A DNA stretch of 64,000 bases. It comes from Squalus acanthias (lineage: Eukaryota). Position 1 is the stretch's first letter; the number at the start of each line of letters is the position of its first letter. The notes under the pieces are model-generated. The model had not been told where the DNA came from. It was given only the letters and a program-made list of their open reading frames with translations, and made no database searches. The stretch is from the NCBI GenBank assembly GCA_030390025.1, contig CM059431.1, positions 146,818,001 through 146,882,000 on the forward strand. Reading direction: 5' to 3'. The position numbers and the translations under genes were made by a program. Below, piece after piece: positions 10,737 to 21,400 of this stretch.

Positions 10737-10960
10737 ATCCCCGGATCATCCCCTGTATTATGACCCTGTTCAGTCCATTCCCTGGACTTTATATCCCGGG
10801 CCATCCCCTGTGTTATGACCCGGATCAGTTCATTCCCTGGGGTTTATATTCCGAGCCATCTCCTGTATTAGGACCCGTTTCAATCCATTCCCTGGGGCTT
10901 TTCTACCGGACCATCCCTTATGACCTGGTTCAATACATTTCCGTGGGATTTATATCCCAA
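10737..10960. repeat. 55-bp tandem repeat, ~4 units (copy 2 of duplicated module)
   Basis: Same unit as 3127-3262; CATTCCCTGG..TTTATATCCC..CCATCCCCTG units start at 10773, 10828 and 10883, plus a degenerate fourth. Confidence 0.85.
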
Positions 10961-11108
10961 AACAACCCTGCGACACTTTAAAGTCCCTCGCTGTGATCTA
11001 AACCATGGGCTGAGCAGCCGCGCTGTCAGGCCGTGTGCTGAATGGAGCCGAGTACCCTCAGTCACAGAGCGCGGCCCCTGTAACACGGGGAACCATCCTG
11101 TTTCTTAC

Positions 11109-11400
11109 CGTCACTCACACACCGGCCCGCGACGCCCGGCACACAGCAAACCCAGCCCACTGGACATCCCCGGATTCACTGCAGCGACACCCCTGTTTCC
11201 CGGAGAACGTACCTGCTCCTTACCGTCTCTCACCGATCGCCCCGCGCCGCCCGGCACAAAAGGCAAACTGACCCGTGACTGAGAATCCCCGGAATAACGG
11301 CAGGGAGCAAGACTGCGCCTGCGTGAGAGCAAGAGAGCGAGACTGCGCCTGCGCAACAGAGCCAACTACTTTGCCTGCTCTCATTCAGTTATTGGCGGAA
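11109..11400 (-). promoter_or_regulatory. Putative CpG-rich promoter/first exon (copy 2), two NRF1-like units and two donor-like sites
   Basis: CCTGTTTCTTACCGTCACTCACACACCGGCCCGCG is identical to copy 1. Second CTTACCGTC at ~11219. ACTGCGCCTGCG occurs twice (11312, 11342). ATTGGCGG at 11391 is conserved with 3669. Confidence 0.5.
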
Positions 11401-11978
11401 CAGGATAGCCTTCCTGAATGGAATCCAAATGTTCCTATGTGTCTATGGTCTTGTATTGTCCCATATTTATATCATGTGTTAATTATCTGGAACTAGTATT
11501 AACAATCAATCATATAATGTCACTTTCTAAACAGTTGTAACATGAATAAACGTGTATCACGTAATTAGAACTCGCAGATACACAGCCATTGGGAACGAGT
11601 GAAAGGATTCACTAGAACTGTGATGTCTGAGGTGTAACAGGAAACGAACGTGACAGAAGATGAGTTAGACCAACAGTAAATGTGAATCTTACAGGAAGTA
11701 TGCTTTACAAACATGAATTAATTAATCACTGGTGAATCTCGATGGCATTGCTCAAACTCAAACCGATGAACTGGAATGTCTTTTCACTGCTTCTGTAGGA
11801 AGATGCCAGAACGGCAGGCGGACATGTGCAAATGTTAGAACATGTGCGAACTCCTGGAGCAATATTCATTTTTCAGAAAGGGGTTGAAACAGTCTTTATG
11901 AATATAAGAAGCATTATTAAAACATTGGCAAGAGGTCGTTTTACGAATTATGTGTATCCATATAACCTACTGTTCCAA

Positions 11979-12273
11979 CACGGTGGCATAGTGGTTAGCA
12001 CTGTTGCCTCACAGCGCCAGGGACCCAGGTTCGAATCCGGCCTCGGGTGACTGTCTGTGTGGAGTTTGCACATTCTCCCCATGTCTGCATGGGTTTCCTC
12101 CGGGTGCTCCGGTTTCCTCCCACAGTCCAAAGATGTGCGGGTTAGGTTGATTTGGCTATGATAAATTGACCCTTAGTGTTAGGGGGATTAAATACGTGGG
12201 GTTACGGGGATATGTGTCGGTGCAGGCTCGATGGGCCGAAACGGCCTCTATCTGCACTGTGGGGATTCTGTGA
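11979..12273 (+). mobile_element. tRNA-derived V-SINE (HE1-like) with CR1-derived 3' tail
   Basis: A box TGGCATAGTGG (11984-11994), B box GGTTCGAATCC (12028-12038), V-domain TGTGTGGAGTTTGCACATTCTCCCC..GGGTTTCCTCCGGGTGCTCCGGTTTCCTCCCACAGTCCAAAGA, tail CTCGATGGGCCGAA..GGCCTC. Confidence 0.9.
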
Positions 12274-13094
12274 ACACAACAGCTTTATAATCTTATTTTA
12301 ATATTGTGGCCATTGTATTAAATTTATTCCAGAAGATGTCCCTACTCCTGGACTGCCGAATAAACAGACAGAATTTTACACTGAATGTTTCACGGTCTTT
12401 CTGATATAAATTGTAGCCAAGGTCTCTTGTGCTGAGATCTGACAGATTGTTACACTGGCAATAGAGGAAACCACTCAGCGAAAATAACTGAACACTGAAG
12501 TAACAAAAGCAACATCACATGTTCGGAGTTTAGTGAAGAACATTAACCCTGGACATTCAGCCAGTTTTTCTAAACATGAAGCTGCGATTCCAATAACGGA
12601 TTTTTACACCACCAAACCTGACACTGCGGGTTTACTGAATCCACCGTCAGTTCCCGCTGTACAGAACATTAAGCAGCGCCGCCTCGATAGAAATACATCA
12701 ATAAAATAGTCATTGTTAGAAATAGGCTCCATCGCCTCTGAAAATCTAATTGTCATAAACCATCTAAATCTCTTACTGTTAACAGTGACCAATTAAATTG
12801 CTGCTAAAATACTGAATTTGATGACAAAGCATTTGACAGTCACCTTCTCAACAGAAAGGAATGTTAGAACTTTTGAATATACACGTCATTTCATGAAACT
12901 GCAGTTCCTGTTCAAAGAACTGAAACATCTTGTTTTTAGTTACTGTTAAAATAAGATCCCCACAATAATCACGTGACTGTGTTGAAGGAGCACGGAAATA
13001 AATCTAGACAGTATGGGAACAAACACTGCTCTCAGTTTAATAACAAGAACCCTCGGCCGATGCAGTAAGCTGGATCAGGAGAACAGCTAGACCG

Positions 13095-13168
13095 CGCGTC
13101 TCCGGACCATTAGTCCAGGCCATTGGATTATTAGGACAGTAATATAAGCACTGTGCTACCGGACCCCT
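13095..13168 (-). mobile_element. Possible degenerate tRNA-derived SINE head
   Basis: Reverse complement GGTAGCACAGTGCTTATATTACTGTCCTAATAATCCAATGGCCTGGACTAATGGTCCGGAGAC resembles the head of SacSINE1/DeuSINE-type elements; no intact B box. Confidence 0.35.
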
Positions 13169-13377
13169 AATATTGTCATTATGGGCGCGAGATTGGATTC
13201 TGTGGTCTTGGCTGTGCAGCACCCGAACACCCCACATTTGTAGCTGGCGCTAATCGCCAGGTGTAACCTGACATCAGTGAATTTCAATCAATTCCCTGCG
13301 CTCCAAGGACCAGTACATTTCAACCTGGGAGCTATTGGGCGGGCGGCAGTCTGAATACCTGTGACAGACACTGAGAG

Positions 13378-14390
13378 GGAATTTCTCGGGGGGTCAGCGG
13401 GCGCATTTGGTGACGGGTCGGGTGGGATTTTCTTTTGTTATCCGCCACCACACGACTTCCCAGATGTAGGGTCTGTCAACTCTGAACAGACCCGACACGC
13501 AGCGGCGGGGGAGGCAAGATAGGTCATTATGACCTTGTGTAGAGCAATTTAAAAAGAATTTTGAGCTCACCTTCAGAGTTTCCCAGGTAGCCCACGGGCT
13601 CCACGCTACTCGGGGATCTCGTCAGGTAAGCAGGGCGGGAGTTGAATGTCCAGGGAATCATCTCATTAATTGACAGCTGGAAATGTGCTATAAAAGCTCC
13701 CGTCTCACAGCTGTTCACTTTCCAAGCTCTGAAGCTGTTGCTTACTGCATTGGGAAGGCAGATTGAGCTTTATGCAGGTTGCAGGTTTTTGGAGTAAACG
13801 CTGTATCCAGTGTCACCTCATTGGAATAACCTCTTTCACCATTGACAGATCGGTTCTGTCATCTCAACTTCACCCACCATCTATAACATCTGCATCGGTG
13901 GTATTGAAACTATCTGAACTTGGTCCTCAGAATCCCAACAAGATCAGACCCAGCTCCAGAAGCAGCAGGCGCACCACCAGCTCCAACAACACAACACTTC
14001 TCCTCAAACAACTGATGTTCCACAGGACACAGAGCATCAGCACCCGTCCACACTGCTGCCCGGGACGCCAGGGATGGCGGCACCATGGCCAGAGTTACTT
14101 CACTTGAAGCTGCACACCCTGGCTGCCACCTGATGCGCCAAGTTGCACCACACCACACCAACACCATAAAGCATCCCTGCAATGCCCACGCCATTCCTTC
14201 ACACTCTTCAGCATTGCGGGGTATACCGTTATCACTCACCATTCACTGCAATTCCCTAATCCACTTCCAAGGGTGCACACAAATCTGTCCAAGAACGGAA
14301 AGTTTTGAAAATCAAGATTTCAATGTTTGATAGCACATTAACAGAAATTCATTTGCACATTGGATAAAATACATAAGTGCCTACCCTTGC
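13378..14390. repeat. Unclassified interspersed-repeat-like segment (possibly a decayed DNA transposon)
   Basis: GC-rich start GGGAATTTCTCGGGGGG…, then a C/A-rich low-complexity body; no recognisable protein motif in the ORFs. The family call is impressionistic. Confidence 0.25.
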
Positions 14391-14400
14391 GTGTTGTTGT

Positions 14401-15459
14401 AAGAACATAAGAAAATAAGAAATAGGAGCAGGAGTAGGCCATTTGGCTCTTCGAGCCTGCGCAGTCATTCAATAAGATCATCGCTGATATTCTACCTCAT
14501 CTCCACTTTCCTGCAGTATCCCCATATCCCTTGATTCCATTAGTATTCAAATATCTATCAATCTATCTCTTGAATATACTTAACGACTGGGCCTCCACAG
14601 CCCTTTGGGGTAGAGAATTTTAAAGTTTTACCACCCTCTCAGTGAAGAAACTTCTCCTCATCTCAGTCCTAAATGGCTGACCCCTTACTCTGAGACTAAG
14701 ACCACTGTTTCTTGACTCCCCAGCCAGGTGAACCATCCTCCCAGCATCTATCCTGTCAAGTCCTATGAGAATTTTTATGTTTCAATTACATCAACTTTAA
14801 TTCTTCTCAACCCTAGATAATATAGGCCTAGTCTACTCAATCTCTAATTAAAGGACAATCCCCCCATCCCAGGAATCAGTCTGGGGAACTTTCATTGCCC
14901 TGCCTCTATGGCAAGTATATCCTTCTTTAGTTAAAGAGACCAAAATTGTACACAATACTTCAGGTGTGGTTTCACGTTGACCCTACATAATTGTAGTAAG
15001 ACCTCATAACTCTTATGCTCAAATCCTCTTGTAATAAAGGCCAACATATATTTTGCTATCCTAATTGCTTGCTGTACCTGCATGTGAACTTTCAGTGATT
15101 TGTGTACAGGGACGCCGAGGTCCCTCTGAACACCAACACTTCCCAATCTCTCGCAATTTAAAAATACACTGCTTTTCTATATTTCCTACCAAAGTGGATA
15201 ACTTCACATTTCTCCACGTTATATTCCATTTGCCATGTTCTTGCCCATTCACTTAGCCTGTCTATATCCCCTTGAAGCCTCCTTGCATCCTCCTCACAAA
15301 TTACATTCCCACCAAGCTTCATAACGTCAGCAAACTTGGATATATTACATTTGGTCCCCTCATTCAAATCATTGATGAAGATTGTGAATAGCTGTGGCCC
15401 AAGCACTGATGCTTGCGGCACCCCTCTAGTTACGGCATGCCAACCCGAAAATGACCCGT
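14401..15459 (-). mobile_element. 5'-truncated CR1 LINE (RT to 3' tail) abutting the satellite
   Basis: Tail AAGAACATAAGAAAATAAGAAATAGGAGC. ORF 15158-15421 PQASVLGPQLFTIFINDLNEGTKCNISKFADVMKLGG..WQMEYNVEKCEVIHFG; ORF 14931-15146 QRDLGVPVH..VKPHLKYCVQFWS. Confidence 0.95.
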
Positions 15460-15469
15460 CTTACGGTAT

Positions 15470-18400
15470 CCAAAAGTCTTCCAGATCCCAGTCCCACGGG
15501 TCCCACACTCTGCCATATTCCAGTCCCACTGGATCCCGCACTCTGCCAGATCCCAGTCTCACGGGTTCCCATTCTCTGCCAGATCCCAGTCCCACGGATT
15601 CCCACACTCTGCCAGATCCCAGTCCCACGAGTTCCCGCATTCTGCCAGATCCCAGTCCCACGGGCTCCCACACTCTGCCAGATCCCAGTCCCACGGGTTC
15701 CCACAACCTGCCAGAACCCATTCACACGGGTTCCCCCTCTCTGTCAGTTCTGGGTCCCACGGGTTCCCACACTCTGCCAGATCAGAGTCCCACGGGTTCC
15801 CGCAATCTGCCAGTTCCCAGTCTCACGGGTTCCCACACTCTGCCAGATCCCAGTCTCACGGGATTCCGCATCTGCCAGATCCAGGTCTCACGGGTTCCCA
15901 CACTCTGTCAGATCCCAGTCTCACGGGTACCCACACTCTGCCAGACCCCAATCCCACGGGTTTCCCATACTCTGGCAGATCCCTTTCCCACGGATTCCCG
16001 CACTCTGCCAGTTCCCAATCCCACGGGTTCCCACACTCTGCCAGATCCCATTCCCATGGGATCCCACACTCTGCCAGATCCCAGTCCTACGGGTTTCCAC
16101 ACTCTGGCAGATCCCTGTCACAGGGATTGCCAAACTCTGCCAGTTCCCAGTCCAACGGGTTTCCGCAGTCTGCCAGTTCCCACTCCCACGGGGTCCCACA
16201 CTCTGCCAGTTCCCAGTTCCACGTGTTCCCACACCCTGCCAGATCAGAGTCCCACGGGTTCCCACACTCTGCCACTTCCCAGTCCCACTGGTGCACGCAT
16301 TCTGACAGATTCCAGTCTCAAGGGTTTCCACAATCTGTCAGTTCCCAATCCCACGGCTTCCCGCACTCTGTCAGATCCCAGTCTCACGGGTTCCCGCACT
16401 CTGCCAGTTTCCAGTCCCACGGGTTCCCACAATCTGTCTGATCCCAGTCCCACGGGTTCCCGCACTCCGTCAGATCCCAGTCTCACGGATTCCAGCACTG
16501 TGCCAGTTCCCAGTCCCACGGGTTCCCACACTCTGCCAGATCCCAGTCTCACGGGTTCCCGCACTCTGTCAGATCCCAGTCCCACGGGTTCCCGCACTCT
16601 GCCAGTTCCCAGTCCCAAGGGTTCCCACACTCTGCCAGTTCCCAGTCCACAGATTCCCGCACCCTGCCAGATCCCAGTCCCACGGGTTCCCACAATCTGT
16701 CAGATCGCAGTCTCATGGGTTCCCACAATCCGTCTGATCCCAGTCCCACGGGTCCCGCACTCTGCCAGATCCCAGTCTCACGGGTTCCCACTCTCTGCCA
16801 GATCCCAGTCCCACGGGTTCCAGCACTCTGCCAGTTTCCAGTCCCACGGATTCCCGCATTCTGCCAGTTCCCAGTCCCACGGGTTCCAGCACTCTAACAG
16901 TTTCCAGTCCCAAGTGTTCCCAAACTCTGGCACTTCCCAGTCTAACGGGTTCCCACACTCTGCCAGATCCCAGTCTCACGGGTTTCCGCACTCTGCCAGA
17001 ACCCAGTCCTACGGGTTCCCACACTCTGCCAGTTCCCAGTCCCACGGGTTCCCAAACTCTGCCAGATCAGAGTCCCACGGGTTCCCACACTCTGCCACTT
17101 CCCAGTCCCACTGGTGCAAGCATTCTGACACATTCCAGTCTCAAGGGTTTCCACAATCTGTCAGTTCCCAATCCCACGGCTTCCCGCACTCTGCCAGATC
17201 CCAGTCCAACGGGTTTCCGCACTCTGCCAGTTCCCAGTCCCACGGGTTACCACACTCTGCCAGATCCCAGTCCCACGGGTTCCCACACTCTGCCAGTTCC
17301 CAGTCCCACGGGTTCCCACACTCTGCCAGTTCAGAATCCCACGGGTTCCCAGACTCTGCCAGTTCCCATTCCCACTGGTACACGCATTCTGACAGATTCC
17401 AGGCTCAAGGTTTCCCACAATCTGTCAGATTCCAGTCCCACGGGTTCCCGCACTCTGCCAGATCCCAGTCCCACGTGTACCCACACTCTGGCAGTTTCCA
17501 GTCCCACGGGTTCCCACACTCTGCCAGTTACCAGTCCCCCTGGTACACGCATTCTGACAGATTCCAGTCTCACGGGTTCCCGCACTCTGCCACATCCCAG
17601 TCACACGAGTACCCACACTCTCTCAAATCCCAGTCCACGGATTCCCGCACCCTGCCAGTTCCCAGTTCCACGGGTTCCCGCACTCCGTCAGATCCCAGTC
17701 TCACGGGTAGCTGCACTCTGACAGTTTCCAGTCCCACGGGTTCCCACAATCTGTCAGATCCCAGTCTCACGGATTCCCACAATCTGTCTGATCCCAGTCC
17801 CACGGGTTCCCGCACTCTGCCAGATCCCAGTCTCACGGGTTCCCACTCTCTGCCAGATCCCAGTCTCACGGGATTCCGCATCTGCCAGATCCAGGTCTCA
17901 CGGGTTCCCACACTCTGTCAGATCGCAGTCTCACGGGTACCCACACTCTGCCAGACCCCAATCCCACGGGTTTCCCATACTCTGTCAGATCCCTTTCCCA
18001 CGGATTCCCGCACTCTGCCAGATCCCAGTCCTACGGGTTTCCACACTCTGGCAGATCCCTGTCACAGGGATTGCCAAACTCTGCCAGTTCCCAGTCCAAC
18101 GGATTTCCGCAGTCTGCCAGTTCCCACTCCCACGGGGTCCCACACCCTGCCAGATCAGAGTCCCACGGGTTCCCACACTCTGCCACTTCCCAGTCCCACT
18201 GGTGCACGCATTCTGACAGATTCCAGTCTCAAGGGTTTCCACAATCTGTCAGTTCCCAATCCCACGGCTTCCCGCACTCTGTCAGATCCCAGTCTCACGG
18301 GTTCCCGCACTCTGCCAGTTTCCAGTCCCCCGGGTTCCCACAATCTGTCTGATCCCAGTCCCACGGGTGGCCCGCACTCCGTCAGATCCCAGTCTCATGG

Positions 18401-21400
18401 ATTCCAGCACTGTGCCAGTTCCCAGTCCCACGGGTTCCCACACTCTGCCAGATCCCAGTCTCACGGGTTCCCGCACTCTGTCAGATCCCAGTCCCACGGG
18501 TTCCCGCACTCTGCCAGTTCCCAGTCCCAAGGGTTCCCACACTCTGCCAGTTCCCAGTCCACGGATTCCCGCACCCTGCCAGATCCCAGTCCCACGTATC
18601 CACACACTCTGCCAGTTTCCAGTACCACGGGTTCCCACAATCTGTCAGATCCCAGACTCATGGGTTCCCACAATCCGTCTGATCCCAGTCCCACGGGTCC
18701 CGCACTCTGCCAGATCCCAGTCTCACGGGTTCCCACTCTCTGCCAGATCCCAGTCCCACGGGTTCCAGCACTCTGCCAGTTTCCAGTCCCACGGATTCCC
18801 GCATTCTGCCAGTTCCCAGTCCCACGGTTTCCAGCACTCTAACAGTTTCCAGTCCCAAGTGTTCCCAAACTCTGGCACTTCCCAGTCTAACGGGTTCCCA
18901 CACTCTGCCAGATCCCAGTCTCACTGGTTTCCGCACTCTGCCAGAACCCAGTCCTACGGGTTCCCATTCTCTGCCAGATCCCAGTCCCACTGGATCCCGC
19001 ACTCTGCCAGATCCCAGTCTCACGGGTTCCCATTCTCTGCCAGATCCCAGTCCCACGGATTCCCACACTCTGCCAGATCCCAGTCCCACGAGTTCCCGCA
19101 TTCTGCCAGATCCCAGTCCCACGGGCTCCCACACTCTGCCAGATCCCAGTCCCACGGGTTCCCACAACCTGCCAGAACCCATTCACACGGGTTCCCCCTC
19201 TCTGTCAGTTCTGGGTCCCACGGGTTCCCACACTCTGCCAGATCAGAGGCCCACGGATTCCCGCAATCTGCCAGTTCCCAGTCTCACGGGTTGCCACACT
19301 CTGCCAGATCCCAGTCTCACGGGATTCCGCATCTGACAGATCCAGGTCTCACGGGTTCCCACACTCTGTCAGATCCCAGTCTCACGGGTACCCACACTCT
19401 GCCAGACCCCAATCCCACGGGTTTCCCATACTCTGGCAGATCCCTTTCCGACGGATTCCCGCACTCTGCCAGTTCCCAATCCCACGGGTTCCCACACTCT
19501 GCCAGATCCCATTCCCATGGGATCCCACACTCTGCCAGATCCCAGTCCTACGGGTTTCCACACTCTGGCAGATCCCTGTCACAGGGATTGCCAAACTCTG
19601 CCAGTTCCCAGTCCAACGGGTTTCCGCAGTCTGCCAGTTCCCACTCCCACGGGGTCCCACACTCTGCCAGTTCCCAGTTCCACGTGTTCCCACACCCTGC
19701 CAGATCAGAGTCCCACGGGTTCCCACACTCTGCCACTTCGCAGTCCCACTGGTGCACGCATTCTGACAGATTCCAGTCTCAAGGGTTTCCACAATCTGTC
19801 AGTTCCCAATCCCACGGCTTCCCGCACTCTGTCAGATCCCAGTCTCACGGGTTCCCGCACTCTGCCAGTTTCCAGTCCCACGGGTTCCCACAATCTGTCT
19901 GATCCCAGTCCCACGGGTTCCCGCACTCCGTCAGATCCCAGTCTCACGGATTCCAGCACTGTGCCAGTTCCCAGTCCCACGGGTTCCCACACTCTGCCAG
20001 ATCCCAGTCTCACGGGTTCCCGCACTCTGTCAGATCCCAGTCCCACGGGTTCCCGCACTCTGCCAGTTCCCAGTCCCAAGGGTTCCCACACTCTGCCAGT
20101 TCCCAGTCCACAGATTCCCGCACCCTGCCAGATCCCAGTCCCACGGGTTCCCACAATCTGTCAGATCGCAGTCTCATGGGTTCCCACAATCCGTCTGATC
20201 CCAGTCCCACGGGTCCCGCACTCTGCCAGATCCCAGTCTCACGGGTTCCCACTCTCTGCCAGATCCCAGTCCCACGGGTTCCAGCACTCTGCCAGTTTCC
20301 AGTCCCACGGATTCCCGCATTCTGCCAGTTCCCAGTCCCACGGGTTCCAGCACTCTAACAGTTTCCAGTCCCAAGTGTTCCCAAACTCTGGCACTTCCCA
20401 GTCTAACGGGTTCCCACACTCTGCCAGATCCCAGTCTCACGGGTTTCCGCACTCTGCCAGAACCCAATCCTACGGTTCCCACACTCTGCCAGTTCCCAGT
20501 CCCACGGGTTCCCAAACTCTGCCAGATCAGAGTCCCACGGGTTCCCACACTCTTTCACTTCCCAGTCCCACTGGTGCAAGCATTCTGACACATTCCAGTC
20601 TCAAGGTTTCCACAATCTGTCAGTTCCCAATCCCACGGCTTCCCGCACTCTGCCAGATCCCAGTCCAACGGGTTTCTGCACTCTGCCAGTTCCCAGTCCC
20701 ACGGGTTACCACACTCTGCCAGATCCCAGTCCCACGGGTTCCCACACTCTGCCAGTTCCCAGTCCCACGGGTTCCCACACTCTGCCAGTTCTGAATCCCA
20801 CGGGTTCCCACACTCTGCCAGATCCCATTCCCACTGGTACACGCATTCTGACAGATTCCAGTCTCAAGGTTTCCCACAATCTGTCAGATTCCAGTCCCAC
20901 GGGTTCCCGCACTCTGCCAGATCCCAGTCCCACGTGTACCCACACTCTGGCAGTTTCCAGTCCCACGGGTTCCCACACTCTGCCAGTTACCAGTCCCCCG
21001 GGTGCACGCATTCTGACAGATTCCAGTCTCACGGGTTCCCGCACTCTGCCACATCCCAGTCACACGAGTACACACACTCTCTCAAATCCCAGTCCACGGA
21101 TTCCCGCACCCTGCCAGTTCCCAGTTCCACGGGTTCCCGCACTCCGTCAGATCCAGTCTCACGGGTAGCTGCACTCTGACAGTTTCCAGTCCCACGGGTT
21201 CCCACAATCTGTCAGATCCCAGGTCTCACGGATTCCCACAATCTGTCTGATCCCAGTCCCACGGGTTCCCGCACTCTGCCAGATCCCAGTCTCACGGGTT
21301 CCCACTCTCTGCCAGATCCCAGTCTCACGGGATTCCGCATCTGCCAGATCCAGGTCTCACGGGTTCCCACACTCTGTCAGATCCCAGTCTCACGGGTACC

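Noticed and set aside
11979..12045. tRNA gene
   Set aside because: The A and B boxes run directly into a V-SINE body and CR1-like tail, so this is a SINE head.
10435..15459. Inversion splitting one CR1: the plus fragment ends at GVPQ (10480) and the minus fragment starts just before GVPQ (15459)
   Set aside because: The ~45-bp overlap has many mismatches. The minisatellite relics and promoter module inside the interval keep the same orientation as their counterparts outside it. Two independent copies is the simpler explanation.
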